A DNA stretch of 36,149 nt from NCBI GenBank assembly GCA_045837725.1, contig JBEWZL010000233.1:62001-98149 (forward strand), given 5' to 3'. The notes beneath the pieces were generated by a model. The model ran no database searches and had not been told where the DNA came from. It saw only the letters and a program-made list of their open reading frames with translations. Position numbers and translations under genes: made by a program. Numbering within the stretch: the stretch's first letter is position 1; the number at the start of each line of letters is the position of its first letter. This document shows, piece by piece, positions 22,276-34,297 of this stretch. This DNA comes from Vermamoeba vermiformis (lineage: Eukaryota).

Positions 22276-23933
22276 ATGCAGTCTTTAATTACCTCAGTCA
22301 GCAGAACCCTCATGCAGAGGACAAACAGAGCTGTCGCGCGGAGTTTGACAAGCAACAGATCCACGCGCAACAAGCTGACTAATTCGTTGTTTAATATTAG
22401 CAAAGTATCATATTCAACTGCCACTACAACCAGTAAGTTATTGCACTCAATTAAAATTGAATAAAAATAAGGAAAAAAATTACAAAAATACTAATAATAA
22501 TTTGTTTCTCAGCACAAAACAGCAATGCATTCGCGGGCATTAAGTTCACCAAGAATGAATCTGCTATTCAGACCGCTAAGAAGGTCAAAGGCGTGGAATT
22601 GTTGGGCAGATCTATTTACCTCGACATGCAAGCTACAACACCCGTAGATCCGCGTGTATTAGACGCTATGTTGCCGTACTATACGGAACAATTCGGCAAT
22701 CCTCATTCGCGCACGCATCTCTATGGCTGGGAGAACGAAGAGGCTGTGGAACAAGCGCGCGAGGTAAGTCGAGCTCGGATCCAAAGAGAAAAAAAGAGAA
22801 AAAAAGAATAGCTGCCATAACCATTATACATATGGATTAATTGTCTAAACGGAGAATTAATGCATTACATTCAACAGCAAGTCGCCAAGCTGATCGGAGC
22901 GGATCCGAAAGAGATCGTGTTCACGAGCGGTGCCACCGAGTCAAACAACATTGCCATAAAAGGAGTTGCGCGCTTTTACAAAGACAAGAAGCCCCACGTG
23001 ATCACCACCGTGCTGGAACACAAGTGCGTGCTGGATTCGTGTCGCGCGCTGGAGAAAGAAGGCTTTCAAGTGACGTACTTGCCCGTGCAGAGCGACGGAC
23101 TGCTCGACTTGAATGTGCTCGAAGCTGCGCTCAAGTCGCGTCCTGACACTGCTGTCGTGAGTGTCATGGCTGTCAACAACGAGATTGGCTCGGTGCAGCC
23201 CCTGGCCGCGATTGGTCAGTTGTGTCGCAAGTACGGCGCATTCTTTCACACCGATGCTGCACAAGCTGCTGGCAAAGTGCCACTCGACGTGAATGCGATG
23301 AACATTGATCTGATGAGCATCTCGGGACACAAGCTCTACGGGCCCAAAGGTGTCGGGGCACTCTACGTGCGTCGCAAGCCGCGAGTGCGCATTGAAGCGG
23401 TGCAGTCGGGCGGTGGTCAAGAGCGCGGCATCAGATCTGGCACTGTGCCCACGCAACTCGCCGTGGGACTCGGTGCTGCCGCTAGAATTGCGCGCGAAGA
23501 GTTCGAGAACGACAGCAAGCACGTGAAGATGTTGTGGGACAGGCTCTACCAGGGCATCAAGTCGCGCATCAGCCACGTGACGGTGAATGGTTCGCTCGAG
23601 CACCGCTACTACGGCAATCTCAACGTGTCCTTCGCGTACGTGGAGGGTGAGTCACTCATGCTGGGCCTCAAGGACATTGCCTGCAGCAGTGGCAGTGCGT
23701 GCACCAGTGCCAGTCTCGAACCCTCGTACGTGTTGCGTGCCCTCGGTGTCGACGATGAGATGGCGCACAGCTCCATTCGCTTCGGCATTGGTCGCTTCAC
23801 CACCAAAGAGGAGATTGACTACGCACTGGATCTGGTCACGCGCGAAGTGAACAGATTGCGCGAGATGAGTCCATTGTGGGACATGGTGCAAGAGGGCATT
23901 GATTTGAAGACCATTCAGTGGGCTCAGCACTAA
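22276..23933 (+). CDS. NFS1: Mitochondrial cysteine desulfurase
   Basis: Arg/Ser-rich presequence, [38 protein letters not shown] (PLP lysine), SSGSACTS (catalytic Cys), [10 protein letters not shown]; two introns. Confidence 0.97.
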
Positions 23934-24288
23934 TCAGATCCGTTGTATTTCTGAGAAACTTGTACATAGTAATGATAAAGCTATTTCGCAAACTGCAGTG
24001 ATGGTCACTTGGAAATAAGGCAGTAGTAGTATACAACAAGTTTACATTTTACATGGTTATGTACAAAATTGTTTTTCAAGCGGATCTGCTCCGCTCCAGA
24101 TACCGGCCAGGGATGAGCTGCGGGGTGACACTAGTGACTAGTACATAGTCATGTATCACCCTTCATATACGAGCTACTGTTTGCATCAGCTGGACAGGGG
24201 TGACTCGTCCTAAACAGCACGTGCAAGCTCAAGAACACAAGTCACTCGCGCAAGTCTCCAAATGACACCTGTCACTCGTGTCAGTCCT

Positions 24289-25690
24289 TCAAATGACAGC
24301 CTGTTCTGCGCGCTGTTTGATGACATCTGTCAAGCTGTGAAAGACAGTGTCAATGTTCGAGGTGTCAATAGTGCAGGTCACGTAGTTCACCATGTTGCTG
24401 CCGCGGTACAGACTGCTAAATTTGGTCTTGATGAATTCCAGCGAATTCTCCCAGTCCCCAGGGCCTTGAAATTCACTGAAATGTGTTGACAGCGGTGCAT
24501 TGGGCAGCTTGGCCTTGAAGACATCGAGTTTGTTGTAGAACACAATGAGCAGCGTGTTCTGAAACAGCTTGGAGGTGCCAATCTCTTGAAACAGTTCCAA
24601 CGACTCCTGCATCCGATTCACGCGCTCGTCTTCCACCAGCTTCATGTCGTCTAGCTACGGTCAGCACGGCGAGGAGTTAGCGCATGGGACTTACATTCGT
24701 TGAGCGCGACAAAGTAGATGATGGCCAACACATCTTCAAAGCAGTTGAGCCACTTGCGTCGTTCACTGCGCTGTCCACCCACATCCACAATGACAAAGTC
24801 CACGCCCTCGTAGTTGAACGACACCTCTGTGATGCCTGTAGTCTTCTGTCGCGCGTGTAAGATGTCATCTACCGACGGTGCGTAGTCATCGCGATATATT
24901 CGATCGAGATTTTGTAAGAAACTAAGCGAAGAGTTAGATCGGATCTGACCGTTACAAATAACAGTTGTTTGCGTACTAGTCTGCGGAGGGCTCTATTTGA
25001 TATTCATTGCGCCTACCCCACGTCTCTTGAATGCCGCTGTCTTGCCACACGCGTTTCATGGGCTCTACTAGTTCGATCGACAGACTGCTTGCTTCCAAGA
25101 TGCGCAAACAATCCGTCTATAATGCAACACATTCAATAAATATGACTAGTTTAAGCACATTACTGACCTTGATTTTGGACGAGACTTTGATCTTGAGTTG
25201 TGTAGCAGCCCGAATCAGCTGTTGAGCGACCGTGAGCGAGAGATTTTGAATCAATTCGCGATAGTTATCGAGCTCTTGCTTCTTAAAGCCATTCAAAAAC
25301 AAGATTTTCATCTGTTTTAAAAATGTACTCTTGCCGGATTCACCAGTGCCTTAAATAATAAGCTTACATTAATTATGTGTACCAATGCAAATTAATGTCT
25401 ATCATTGTAATGAGAATGTGTGATCGTAGTAGCCTATAGAGCGTTGATAAACAAAGACTAAGCGAGCATTAATAATTAACGGCAATTTTATCAAAATATT
25501 GAATTAAATTAATCGATTAATGCTGCACACGCATCGATTGATACTGCACGCAATTATATGTCGCATACGTACCTAGTAACAGCAGTTTAGCGTGTAATTT
25601 CCGGTCTTGCCGCTCTCGTCGCAGCGAATCGTCGATCGCCTTGGCTTTTTCGCGGTCAGCTTTATTGTCACCTGCCGCGCAGCACCACAT
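24289..25690 (-). CDS. Heterotrimeric G protein alpha subunit
   Basis: MWCC..., [69 protein letters not shown]. Confidence 0.95.
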
Positions 25691-26065
25691 GAGCGAGTGT
25701 GCTTGGTATAGTGGTCGTGTATATAGTGCTCACACTTGTTCTCAGCGAGGTTTGTTCGAAACAATTTCGTAACGGCTATGACGACCCTTGAAATTTCAGA
25801 AAATTGGATCCGGTCAAGTTAGGCTTGAAGGGTCCTTGAAGCAGTTTTAGCCGGTTACGCGAAGTATATTCGGGACACCGCCGCGGTGCAACAAATACCA
25901 TTTACTACCAGTACTAGCGTCAACATTGAAGAGTCACCCTGCGTGTGAACGGACACAGCCCTGGCAGAGCGAGTCATTTCTCAGCGCAGCACTGGGCCAT
26001 TAATCGCATTGCACCAATACTACTGTACACTAGATACATTGTATATTCAATAGTATTGGTACACG

Positions 26066-27436
26066 ATGTCTGAAATAAGCAAGCACATCTGCGCCACACC
26101 AAACTGCGGCAAACAAGCCACGCTGCAGTGCCCTACGTGCATCAAGCTGGGTACCACGAGCTATTTCTGTTCGCAGGACTGTTTCAAAGCCTTTTGGCCC
26201 ATTCACAAAGCCGTGCATCTCAATCCACCTTCAAAGTCGATCCACGAGACATACTTGGACTGGCGACCTGAATTCAGAGGATTTGATTTTACTGGACCAT
26301 TAAGACCAGGAAAATTGAGTCCTGAGCGAACTGGTAAGCGGATCTAGGCCAGAAATGTCGAATAATTATTTGTAAAAATATTTTTAATGTTGTAATATGA
26401 TCCTTAGTGGCGGAGTGCTACCCACATTATGGAAAGTATTATCTTCAATATTAACACATAATATTCAACGCTTAGTGCCTGAACACATTGCCAGACCTGA
26501 CTACGCGACACATCCGCGCGGCGAATCTGAAAGTGAACTCAAGTCCCGTGCCTCACACTCCATTGAAGTGAAGAGCGCTGAAGAGATCGCAGCCATGCGC
26601 ACAGTATGCAAGGTAAGGCTAACAGTCCGCGCCATCCAGCTCTAACGCGTCCCCCCCAGATCGGTGCGCAAGTGCTGCACGATGTCGGTACACAAGTGAA
26701 GGCAGGCATGACCACTGACGACATTGACGCGCTGGTCCATCAGAAGTGCATTGAACTCGGGGCCTATCCCTCGCCCCTGCGCTACAAACGCTTCCCCAAG
26801 TCGTGCTGCACCTCGGTGAATGAAGTCATCTGTCACGGCATACCCGACAGCACCGTGCTGCGCGAGGGCGACATCGTCAACGTCGATATCAGCGTGTACT
26901 ATCAGGGCCACCACGCCGATCTGAACGAGACGTGGCTGATCGGTGAAGTGGATGCGCAGAGCAAGCTGTTGGTCGACACCACCTACCAGTGTCTGCAAGA
27001 GGCCATCAAGATCGTCAAGCCCGGCACCATGTACCGCGAGGTGGGCAATGTGATCACGCGTCTGGCCACGCAGCACGGGCTGTCAGTGGTGCGCGCCTAT
27101 TGCGGACACGGCATTGGCAAGTTGTTCCACTGCGCGCCCAATGTGCCGCACTACGCCAAGAACAAGGCGATTGGTGTCATGAAGCCAGGGCACGTGTTCA
27201 CCATCGAGCCCATGATCAATTTGGTGCGTCAGTGCTGATCCACGATGCTGCAGATACTAACACTAGCACTATATTAGGGCTCGTGGAAAGATGTGTTGTG
27301 GCCCGACGAGTGGACCAGTGTCACCATGGACGGCAAGCGCTCGGCTCAGTTTGAACACACACTGCTCGTCACCGAGACTGGCTGCGAAGTGTTGACGCAG
27401 CGCACGCAGGGCACTTATATTGATCGCTTTGTGTAG
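26066..27436 (+). CDS. METAP1: Methionine aminopeptidase 1 with N-terminal C6H2 zinc finger
   Basis: [82 protein letters not shown]; three introns. Confidence 0.97.
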
Positions 27437-27677
27437 CGGTGTACTGCGCAGGGGGTGCAGATCTGACGTGTTTTGTATCATAGAGTAAAGGACTGCACTC
27501 GCCAGGCAATAAGAAGCAACGCGTTATTGCGTAATATAACATAGAAGCTGTTAATAGCCTCTTTTTTATGAAATTTCACTTAATCACGTGCCGTGCAAAA
27601 TCTTCAGCGAGGGCTTAGTTTGCCAACTGCAATCAAACAGCAATTACTACAGCGCTGTATAGTAACACGTGCACACG

Positions 27678-30120
27678 ATGAGCAAGTTCCAGTTAAATGT
27701 GGTGCACAAAGGCACTAAAAAGCCGCTCAAGTTGGCAGCTTCAGATACCGTCGGCGTGCTGCTCGAACAAGCAGTCAGCGCACTCGGATTGACTAAGCCC
27801 CTCGCTGAATATGTCGTATATAATCCTAGTACTGCTGCGAGACAGCGATGGCTCGCCAATGAGTTGATCGTCTCGGAGCATTTGAAAGAGCAGCAAGATG
27901 TGGAGGTGATTACACGGTGGATGATAGTGCGCGTAGAATTATGGGCACCCTCAACGAGCAATGTGCCCTCCAAGATCTTATCCACCAAGTACTTGGCGAT
28001 GGATGCTTTCGTTCCATTACGCAAGTTCTTGCAGATTGCAGCGAAAAAAATTCAACTGGAAGATATGGATGCATTCGGATTATATAACGATAACATAGGT
28101 ATGTATTAGTTGATGGCTTTATTATTTTGAATTTTAACAAAAGATTTTTCCTAAATTTCCTGCGTTATTAATTATCTAATAAGGATATTATTAAAATAAT
28201 TTAATATATCGGCTACAATATTGCAGCGCATTAAATTTACCGACAAGTGTAATATACACAATGATTTCTAAAGATTGATTTAATTCAATGAACTCTCACA
28301 ACGCACTATAGTGCTAATACGCACCTTTCAATATCATCGAGTCCGTTACAACTGCATTGCAGTACTAGTACAAATACGCGGCACTAACACCACACGCAGA
28401 GCTCGATCTCGACCACTCGCTGCGTGACTTGGACATCAAATTGACACGTGTGCCACCACGTGATCAGCCCGTCGCAGCACCGCAGAGTGAAGAGGCGGAA
28501 CAACGGAACAATGTCGGACATTTGCTGCTGGTCTTGAAGAACAAGAAAGCCTTTTCAGGTCAGTAGTCCTGTCATCGGGTCTATTTTTAGCACCACTAAC
28601 GGCTGGCCATATTTAGATCTGCAGGACGGACACGCGAGCATGACGAACACTATAAATAGCAGCGAGTCGACTGCCATCTTCGGTGCACCGCTGTCACGTG
28701 CCATCAAACCAGGGCAGAGTGTGCCGCAAGTGCTGTTGGATTGCGCGGAGTATTTGGCGAACAAGTTGGAGGTCGAAGGATTGTTCCGCTTGAGTGGCAG
28801 TCAGAACGACATTGACCGCTATCAAGCTGAATACGACAAGGGCCACGCGGTGGATCTGTCCAAAGAACTCGATCCGCACTGCGTCGCGGGCATATTCAAG
28901 CTCTATTTGCGCGTCATGCCCGAGCCACTGCTCACATTTGAACGGTACGTAGCCATTTATAGCAATGACCTGCGGAATAACTGATCTCGCACGCAGATAC
29001 AACGCATTCATCAGCGCGCAACAAGAGCGCGACGTCAAGTCACGTGCTCAAATCGTGCGCCGATTGGTCCGTTCGTTGCCCGCCGATCACTACAACACAC
29101 TCAAGTTCCTGTTCGAACTGCTGTCGCGCGTGGAGAAGTTGAGTGCTGTCAACAAGATGGCCGTGCACAATCTCGCGACAGTGTTCGGTCCCAATCTGCT
29201 GCGCCTGCCCGGTGCGCAAGAGAACATGCTGCAGCTGGTGGAGGACACGCCGATTGTGAACGGCTTGGTCAACACGCTGCTCAAGGACTACGACTGCGTG
29301 TTCGGGGACAGCGAGGACGACAAGCCCCTCGAAGCACGCGCACTGTTCGCGTACACGAGTCAGGGGCCCAATCAGGTAGATCTGGCGCAGAATCAAGTGG
29401 TGTGCGTGCTGTCCGCGGAGGGCAAGGACGGCTGGGTGTGGATTGACGACTACAAGGGCCACACGGGCGTGGTGCCTGCGAGCTATTTGAAGAACATTGA
29501 CAGCAACGAGGGCAAGCGACTCAAGTTCATGGAGGAGATGGAAGTGGTGCGTGCTCGAGTTCTATTTTTAGCTCGCCACTCATTTGATTGCAGGTGCGTC
29601 GTCAGCTCGAAGCGGAAGAACACAAGTTTGAACAGCTGTCAGATCTGCACGGCAAATTGACGCACGTGATCGACCACCTGACCTCGCTCATCAAACTCGG
29701 TGGCAACAGCAACAACGTTCGTGAAAATGATTCAGTGAAACAACGATTGCGCGATCAAGGGCCAGCAAAAGCGACGCAAAAGTTCGAAGTGTTCTACAGC
29801 AAGATTGAAGGCTACAACAAGAGCAAGCTGCAGCTGCAACAGACGCGTGCCCCGCTGTACGACGAACTGCTGGCCACGAAGAAGATGATCGCTGGGGACT
29901 TGGTCAAGTACAAAAAAGTCAAAGATTTGCTGCCAAAATTGGACGAACTGCTGTCGCTGATGAACGAGGAGATTGAACTGCGCAAAGTGAGCGACGAGAA
30001 CAAGGACCAGGTGCGTATTGACTAGTGTCGCTGTGAGTCACGCGATGTACTGACACTTGTGCCTCGTAGCTGTTCAAAGATCTGACCGACATTCGCGTCA
30101 TTTTCCAAGCATTCAAGTGA
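27678..30120 (+). CDS. RhoGAP-SH3 protein with ubiquitin-like N-terminal region and C-terminal coiled coil
   Basis: IFGAPL, VPQVL, EGLFRLSG (arginine finger), DPHCVAGIFKLYLRVMPEPL, NKMAVHNLATVFGPNLL; SH3 ARALFAY..GWVW..GVVPASYL. Confidence 0.9.
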
Positions 30121-30254
30121 GCCACGTGATCGAGCTATTTTTAGACCCTTTTTGTTGTACAATAGAGACTGCTGTCGTCGCGACAGTAAATCCCACTGCT
30201 AATTATGGAAGTCTGTTACACTCTATGTACATTTATTGCACTTATTTGTACAAT

Positions 30255-31651
30255 TCACTTTGACCACGTGATTTTAATGTCAGCCACGCAATGTTCTATT
30301 TTGGGCGCATAGTTCTTGACTGACACGAACTCCACCAATTGACACGTGCCAATGCCGCGCCTGTCGTGCCACTGTTTGACAGCTGCAAACACCTCGCTGA
30401 ATCCAATGCCAAATTTGGCATCGCACTCCTCCGCGGAGGTCACTGCACACTGACCAATCACACGCGCGTCAGGTATTTGATGCGGGCCTGCGAGGTGATG
30501 ATAGTGCACGATCACGCCCGTTGGATCTGCAAAGAACATGGCGCGGTTTAAAAATGGCGCGGTCTCGGGCAAATAACCCATCAGAATGCGCTGCGCACGT
30601 GCCTCGTATTCGTTGCAGACCTCTGTGCAGGTGTCAGTCACATGTGACATGGTTCTGCGGCATAATAACAGTGTACTGACCTCTGTTGTCGCCGAGCACT
30701 GGCGTCACAATCTCCGTCACGTGATTCAACTTGACATTTTCGGACAAATAGCGGAATGAATTTGGATTCTTTTCGATGGCAATCAGCTTGTGTAGTTTAC
30801 CATATTTGGCAAGTGGCAACGTGAAGTAACCAATGCCTGCAAACATGTCAATAGCGAGTTCAGGTGCCTCGTTGACACGTGTCGTAAGGTGTGCGAATCG
30901 AATTCTTTCCGCACTGTTGCCCATGGAGTACATCACGTGACTGACATCTAATTTGTACTGTCGCGACTGGTCAGTGATCGCTGTTGCCATATATAGTAAT
31001 GTGCCGTACCTGCACGCCATTCTCCACGTGCACTGTGGTCGTGGCTGGTTCGTTGTCTGTCACGTGACTCCACAGCAGTCGCACGTGCTTTGGATCGGGG
31101 GTGCGGAGCTCTCCTCCGATACCTCGCCCACGTGATTCGACGACGATCGATCGGAGCTTGTATTGTCCAAAATAGGTTAAAAAGGCCTGTGCAATGTCTT
31201 GCAATCTTTGCAGTTGTGTTTCATCGTGCTGTTCGCGCTCAATGTCACGTGACATGAGAGTGAACAGTAAAATATCTCCCAGCAATCTCCAGTGCAATAA
31301 TTTCGGCAAAGAATGCAATTCTTCTTCACTCCATCGCGCTGACTTGCCTAATTCGGCAGTCACGTGCCTCAACCACGGTGCGAGACCGTCTTTATCGCCC
31401 TGTTGGGCAGTTTTCTTCGTTTTGAAGCTATTTTTAGCGACCAATCGCACGTCATGCAAGCTTTGCAGTTGTTCATCGGTCAGATCCTCGCGCAGTGGCA
31501 GTGCATTGATCTCAGTGCCATCAAGTGTCACCGTTGCTGGTCTATAAATGGGGTGGTCTATTTTTAGTGCTTTCAAGTGTTGCAGTTGTGTTTTGATCTG
31601 CTCTTTTTGCTGCACCACCACACAGCGGATCTGTTCTGTGGTTTCGTTCAT
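30255..31651 (-). CDS. TYW2: tRNA wybutosine-synthesising protein 2 (aminocarboxypropyltransferase, Trm5/TYW2 family)
   Basis: VHVENGVQ|YKLDVSHVMYSMGNSAERIR, DMFAGIGYFTLP, EKNPNSFRYL, GDNR|EVC, RILMGYLP, VKNYAP..HCVADI; two introns. Confidence 0.85.
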
Positions 31652-31972
31652 GATAATGTATATATTATTGCTGCTATTGATTTTTAATTATAGTATAATT
31701 AATGGCGTGTTAATCAAGTGCTGTAATCGCCGCTGTTAATTGTTGTATTGTGGATCCGATCGTTTCTAGAAAGTCGTCCTTGCCGCAGTCAAATGCTCTG
31801 CGTATATTGTAAATACTAATACATATATTTTAAATATTAATATCCTTTATAAACACCGTCTCTTCGTGCTGCGGTGTTTGTGCGATCGTGAAAACAACAA
31901 ATTATTACTGCCGCCAACACAGCACCACACCTCAGTGCCATAAATATATATACACATCACTATAGTGTACCA

Positions 31973-32363
31973 ATGAGCACGTCAGACATTACAAACACAC
32001 AGTTCTCGCTGTTGCCAGATCTGCTCTTGGTATTGGACAGCTTGCAAGCCAAAGACGCGTCACTCGCCATCAAACAGGTGCGCTATACTAGTGTATATGC
32101 AATATAATTAATAGGATCGATTGCAGTCTGCTGCGTTCAAAAAGAAGTGTCAAGATGCAGAAAGTCAACTCGCGCAACTTCCGGGCGTGGATTTGAGCTT
32201 AGAGGAACAGAAACAAGTCTACGTTGAGCTGTGCGATCGATATCAACGCAAGAGGTAACGTAGCGGTGCTTGCCTGTAGTCGTATTGTACTCACACCGCT
32301 CACAGTGCTCTGATCAGCAAGTACAAATCGCTGCTGATCTTCAACGAGATCAAGCACGAGTAA
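31973..32363 (+). CDS. MED9: Mediator complex subunit 9 (3 exons: 31973-32077, 32127-32254, 32306-32363)
   Basis: Spliced product MSTSDITNTQFSLLPDLLLVLDSLQAKDASLAIKQSAAFKKKCQDAESQLAQLPGVDLSLEEQKQVYVELCDRYQRKSALISKYKSLLIFNEIKHE matches the Med9 pattern LP...LPGxxxSxEEQ...KxxLxxKYKSL; both introns GT-AG and frame-preserving. Confidence 0.85.
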
Positions 32364-32539
32364 TGTGCATGAGGCGATAGTAACAGCAATGCCGAGGCTC
32401 GTTCTTTGTAACATAGACTGTACATACTAATAATAAAAATAATAAGTGACGAAGAACTGCGCTAATAGATAGTGCTATTTATAGAGCAGGGTATTATTTA
32501 CAAATAAGGCAAATGCTCATTAAATTCCTAATTAGGAAA

Positions 32540-34135
32540 TCACTTGGGCGCGTGATGACCCGCGAACAGACACGAGTACCGCACCAGCCGTTGAATCAGC
32601 TCGGCTTTGCTGCCTTTTATGGAAGCACCGGTGTACTGCGCCAATCTCGCTTTGATCTCGGGCAGTGACAGCAGTGACAGCGAACTCAAGTCGAGCGGTG
32701 GTGTGTCACGTGACTGGTGCGCGACCTGCGCGAGTTCTTTGTGCGCCAAGTACGACTCTTGTTCCGAGCGATCGTCCTCGAACAGCGCGGTCAGGGACTC
32801 GTTGTGCTTGTCACGTGACACTGACCAGGGCTGTGCTGTCTCGTTGGTGTCTTGTTCTGCAAAGATGAACGGTGCGTTGTCCGGCACGTGACCAGGCACG
32901 TGACTGTGGAACAAGGACAAGTGGCGGAACAATCGCTGCACGAGCTGTGGCTTGGTGCCCTTGGTGCTCAAGCGATATCTGCGCGGAGATATTCGTCAGT
33001 GTACTGCAAAGGGGATTGCCTTATATGGCAATGTTGTTGGGGACGTACCTTTTGAGCTCCGTCTTCAGCTCGGGCAATTTCATGCTGGCAATCTCGTTCA
33101 AATCTCTTCGCTTGACAGGTGTCACGCGCTGATCAGTCACGTGATTGGTCACGTGGTCAGTGTGCTGCGTCCAGTACGGTGTCACGTGCGGGGGATAGAG
33201 CTGCGCGGGGGCGGAGAACGTGACATCGACGGGCAACACCGCGGACAAATCGGAAATTCCCGAGGGATCAGTCACGTGACTCGTGTCGTAGTCGTGCTCG
33301 GAATAATTCAGCACGTGACTGTCGGACTCGTGCGAGTGGAAGAATTCGCTCGTCTCGACCACGTTGTACAGCCCTGGCACCATGCCAGTGCTCGCAGCGG
33401 TGTTAGTGTTGTACGAGCCAGGTGCAGTGCTGTGAGTGGTAGTGTGGTACGAGTCGCGTGCAGTGACTATGGCACTAGCACTGGGCAAGAGGTGGTGTTT
33501 GACCGCAGCTTGATCTTGTTGCTCTTTCTCGGAGTCAAACAGCGTGTCGTCGATGCTCATCAAGTCCTGGAGGAATATTGGTAAATATGAGGGCAATGAT
33601 ATTGGATTATTGACAGAAAGAGCAGGATAATAAATTCTTTGGTACTAATAGCGAGGATATTTGTTGATCGGACAATTCTTGATATTTTTTTATAAGAAAA
33701 ATTACCATCTTTTTCTAGCCGTAAGCAAATTTGATTTTTAATTTGTTTCATAATATATAATATTTGTGCAATTTTATGTTTCAAAAACTGAATATTCCGA
33801 TCTAATTCCCAAAGTTTCAAATAAAATTAATCTACACTTACATCCTCAGCAATAGGCCAAGATGATTGATCAACGGTCGATTTCACATAATTTTCGTAGC
33901 AATATCCGCACACTAAGCCACCAAGCTCGATAGTCGTGTTCAAAGTCTTGTTGATGCGGTCGCGCACTTGAGCATCTATCAACTTGGCTTGGGCCAAGTC
34001 AGGAATTATATACAAACATATAGTACAATAGTTGAAGTGGTTGTTACTGTCGTCAGTGTATTCAGTCTCGCGAAACAATTCTTGAAACTGTTGCCAATCG
34101 GCGGGGGGCGCATTCGATGAGAGCTCGAATGACAT
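32540..34135 (-). CDS. Nuclear-type protein with N-terminal CxxC...CxxC zinc-binding module and two SAP domains
   Basis: Exon 1 34135-33842 (CTIC...VCGYC) ends at GTAAGT and joins in phase to 33566. SAP motifs MKLPELKTELKR|YRLSTKGTKPQLVQRL and LSLPEIKARLAQYTGASIKGSKAELIQRL. The 3' end is less certain. Confidence 0.75.
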
Positions 34136-34297
34136 GCTATCAGTCAACTTTGAGTCATGTGCATGGCCACTGTGTTGCGTGCAATGTCGATTACAAATAG
34201 GAGTGCGTGTAGTGCGAGGTGTGGTGTTCACTACTGGGGGCGAGAAATAAAACAGCCCTGTGCGCATTCATCACATTCATTCATTGCCTGCAGCACC

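Noticed and set aside
20584-23933. Carrier plus NFS1 as an Fe-S gene cluster
   Set aside because: Carrier substrate is not established from the sequence, and adjacency is expected by chance in a compact genome.
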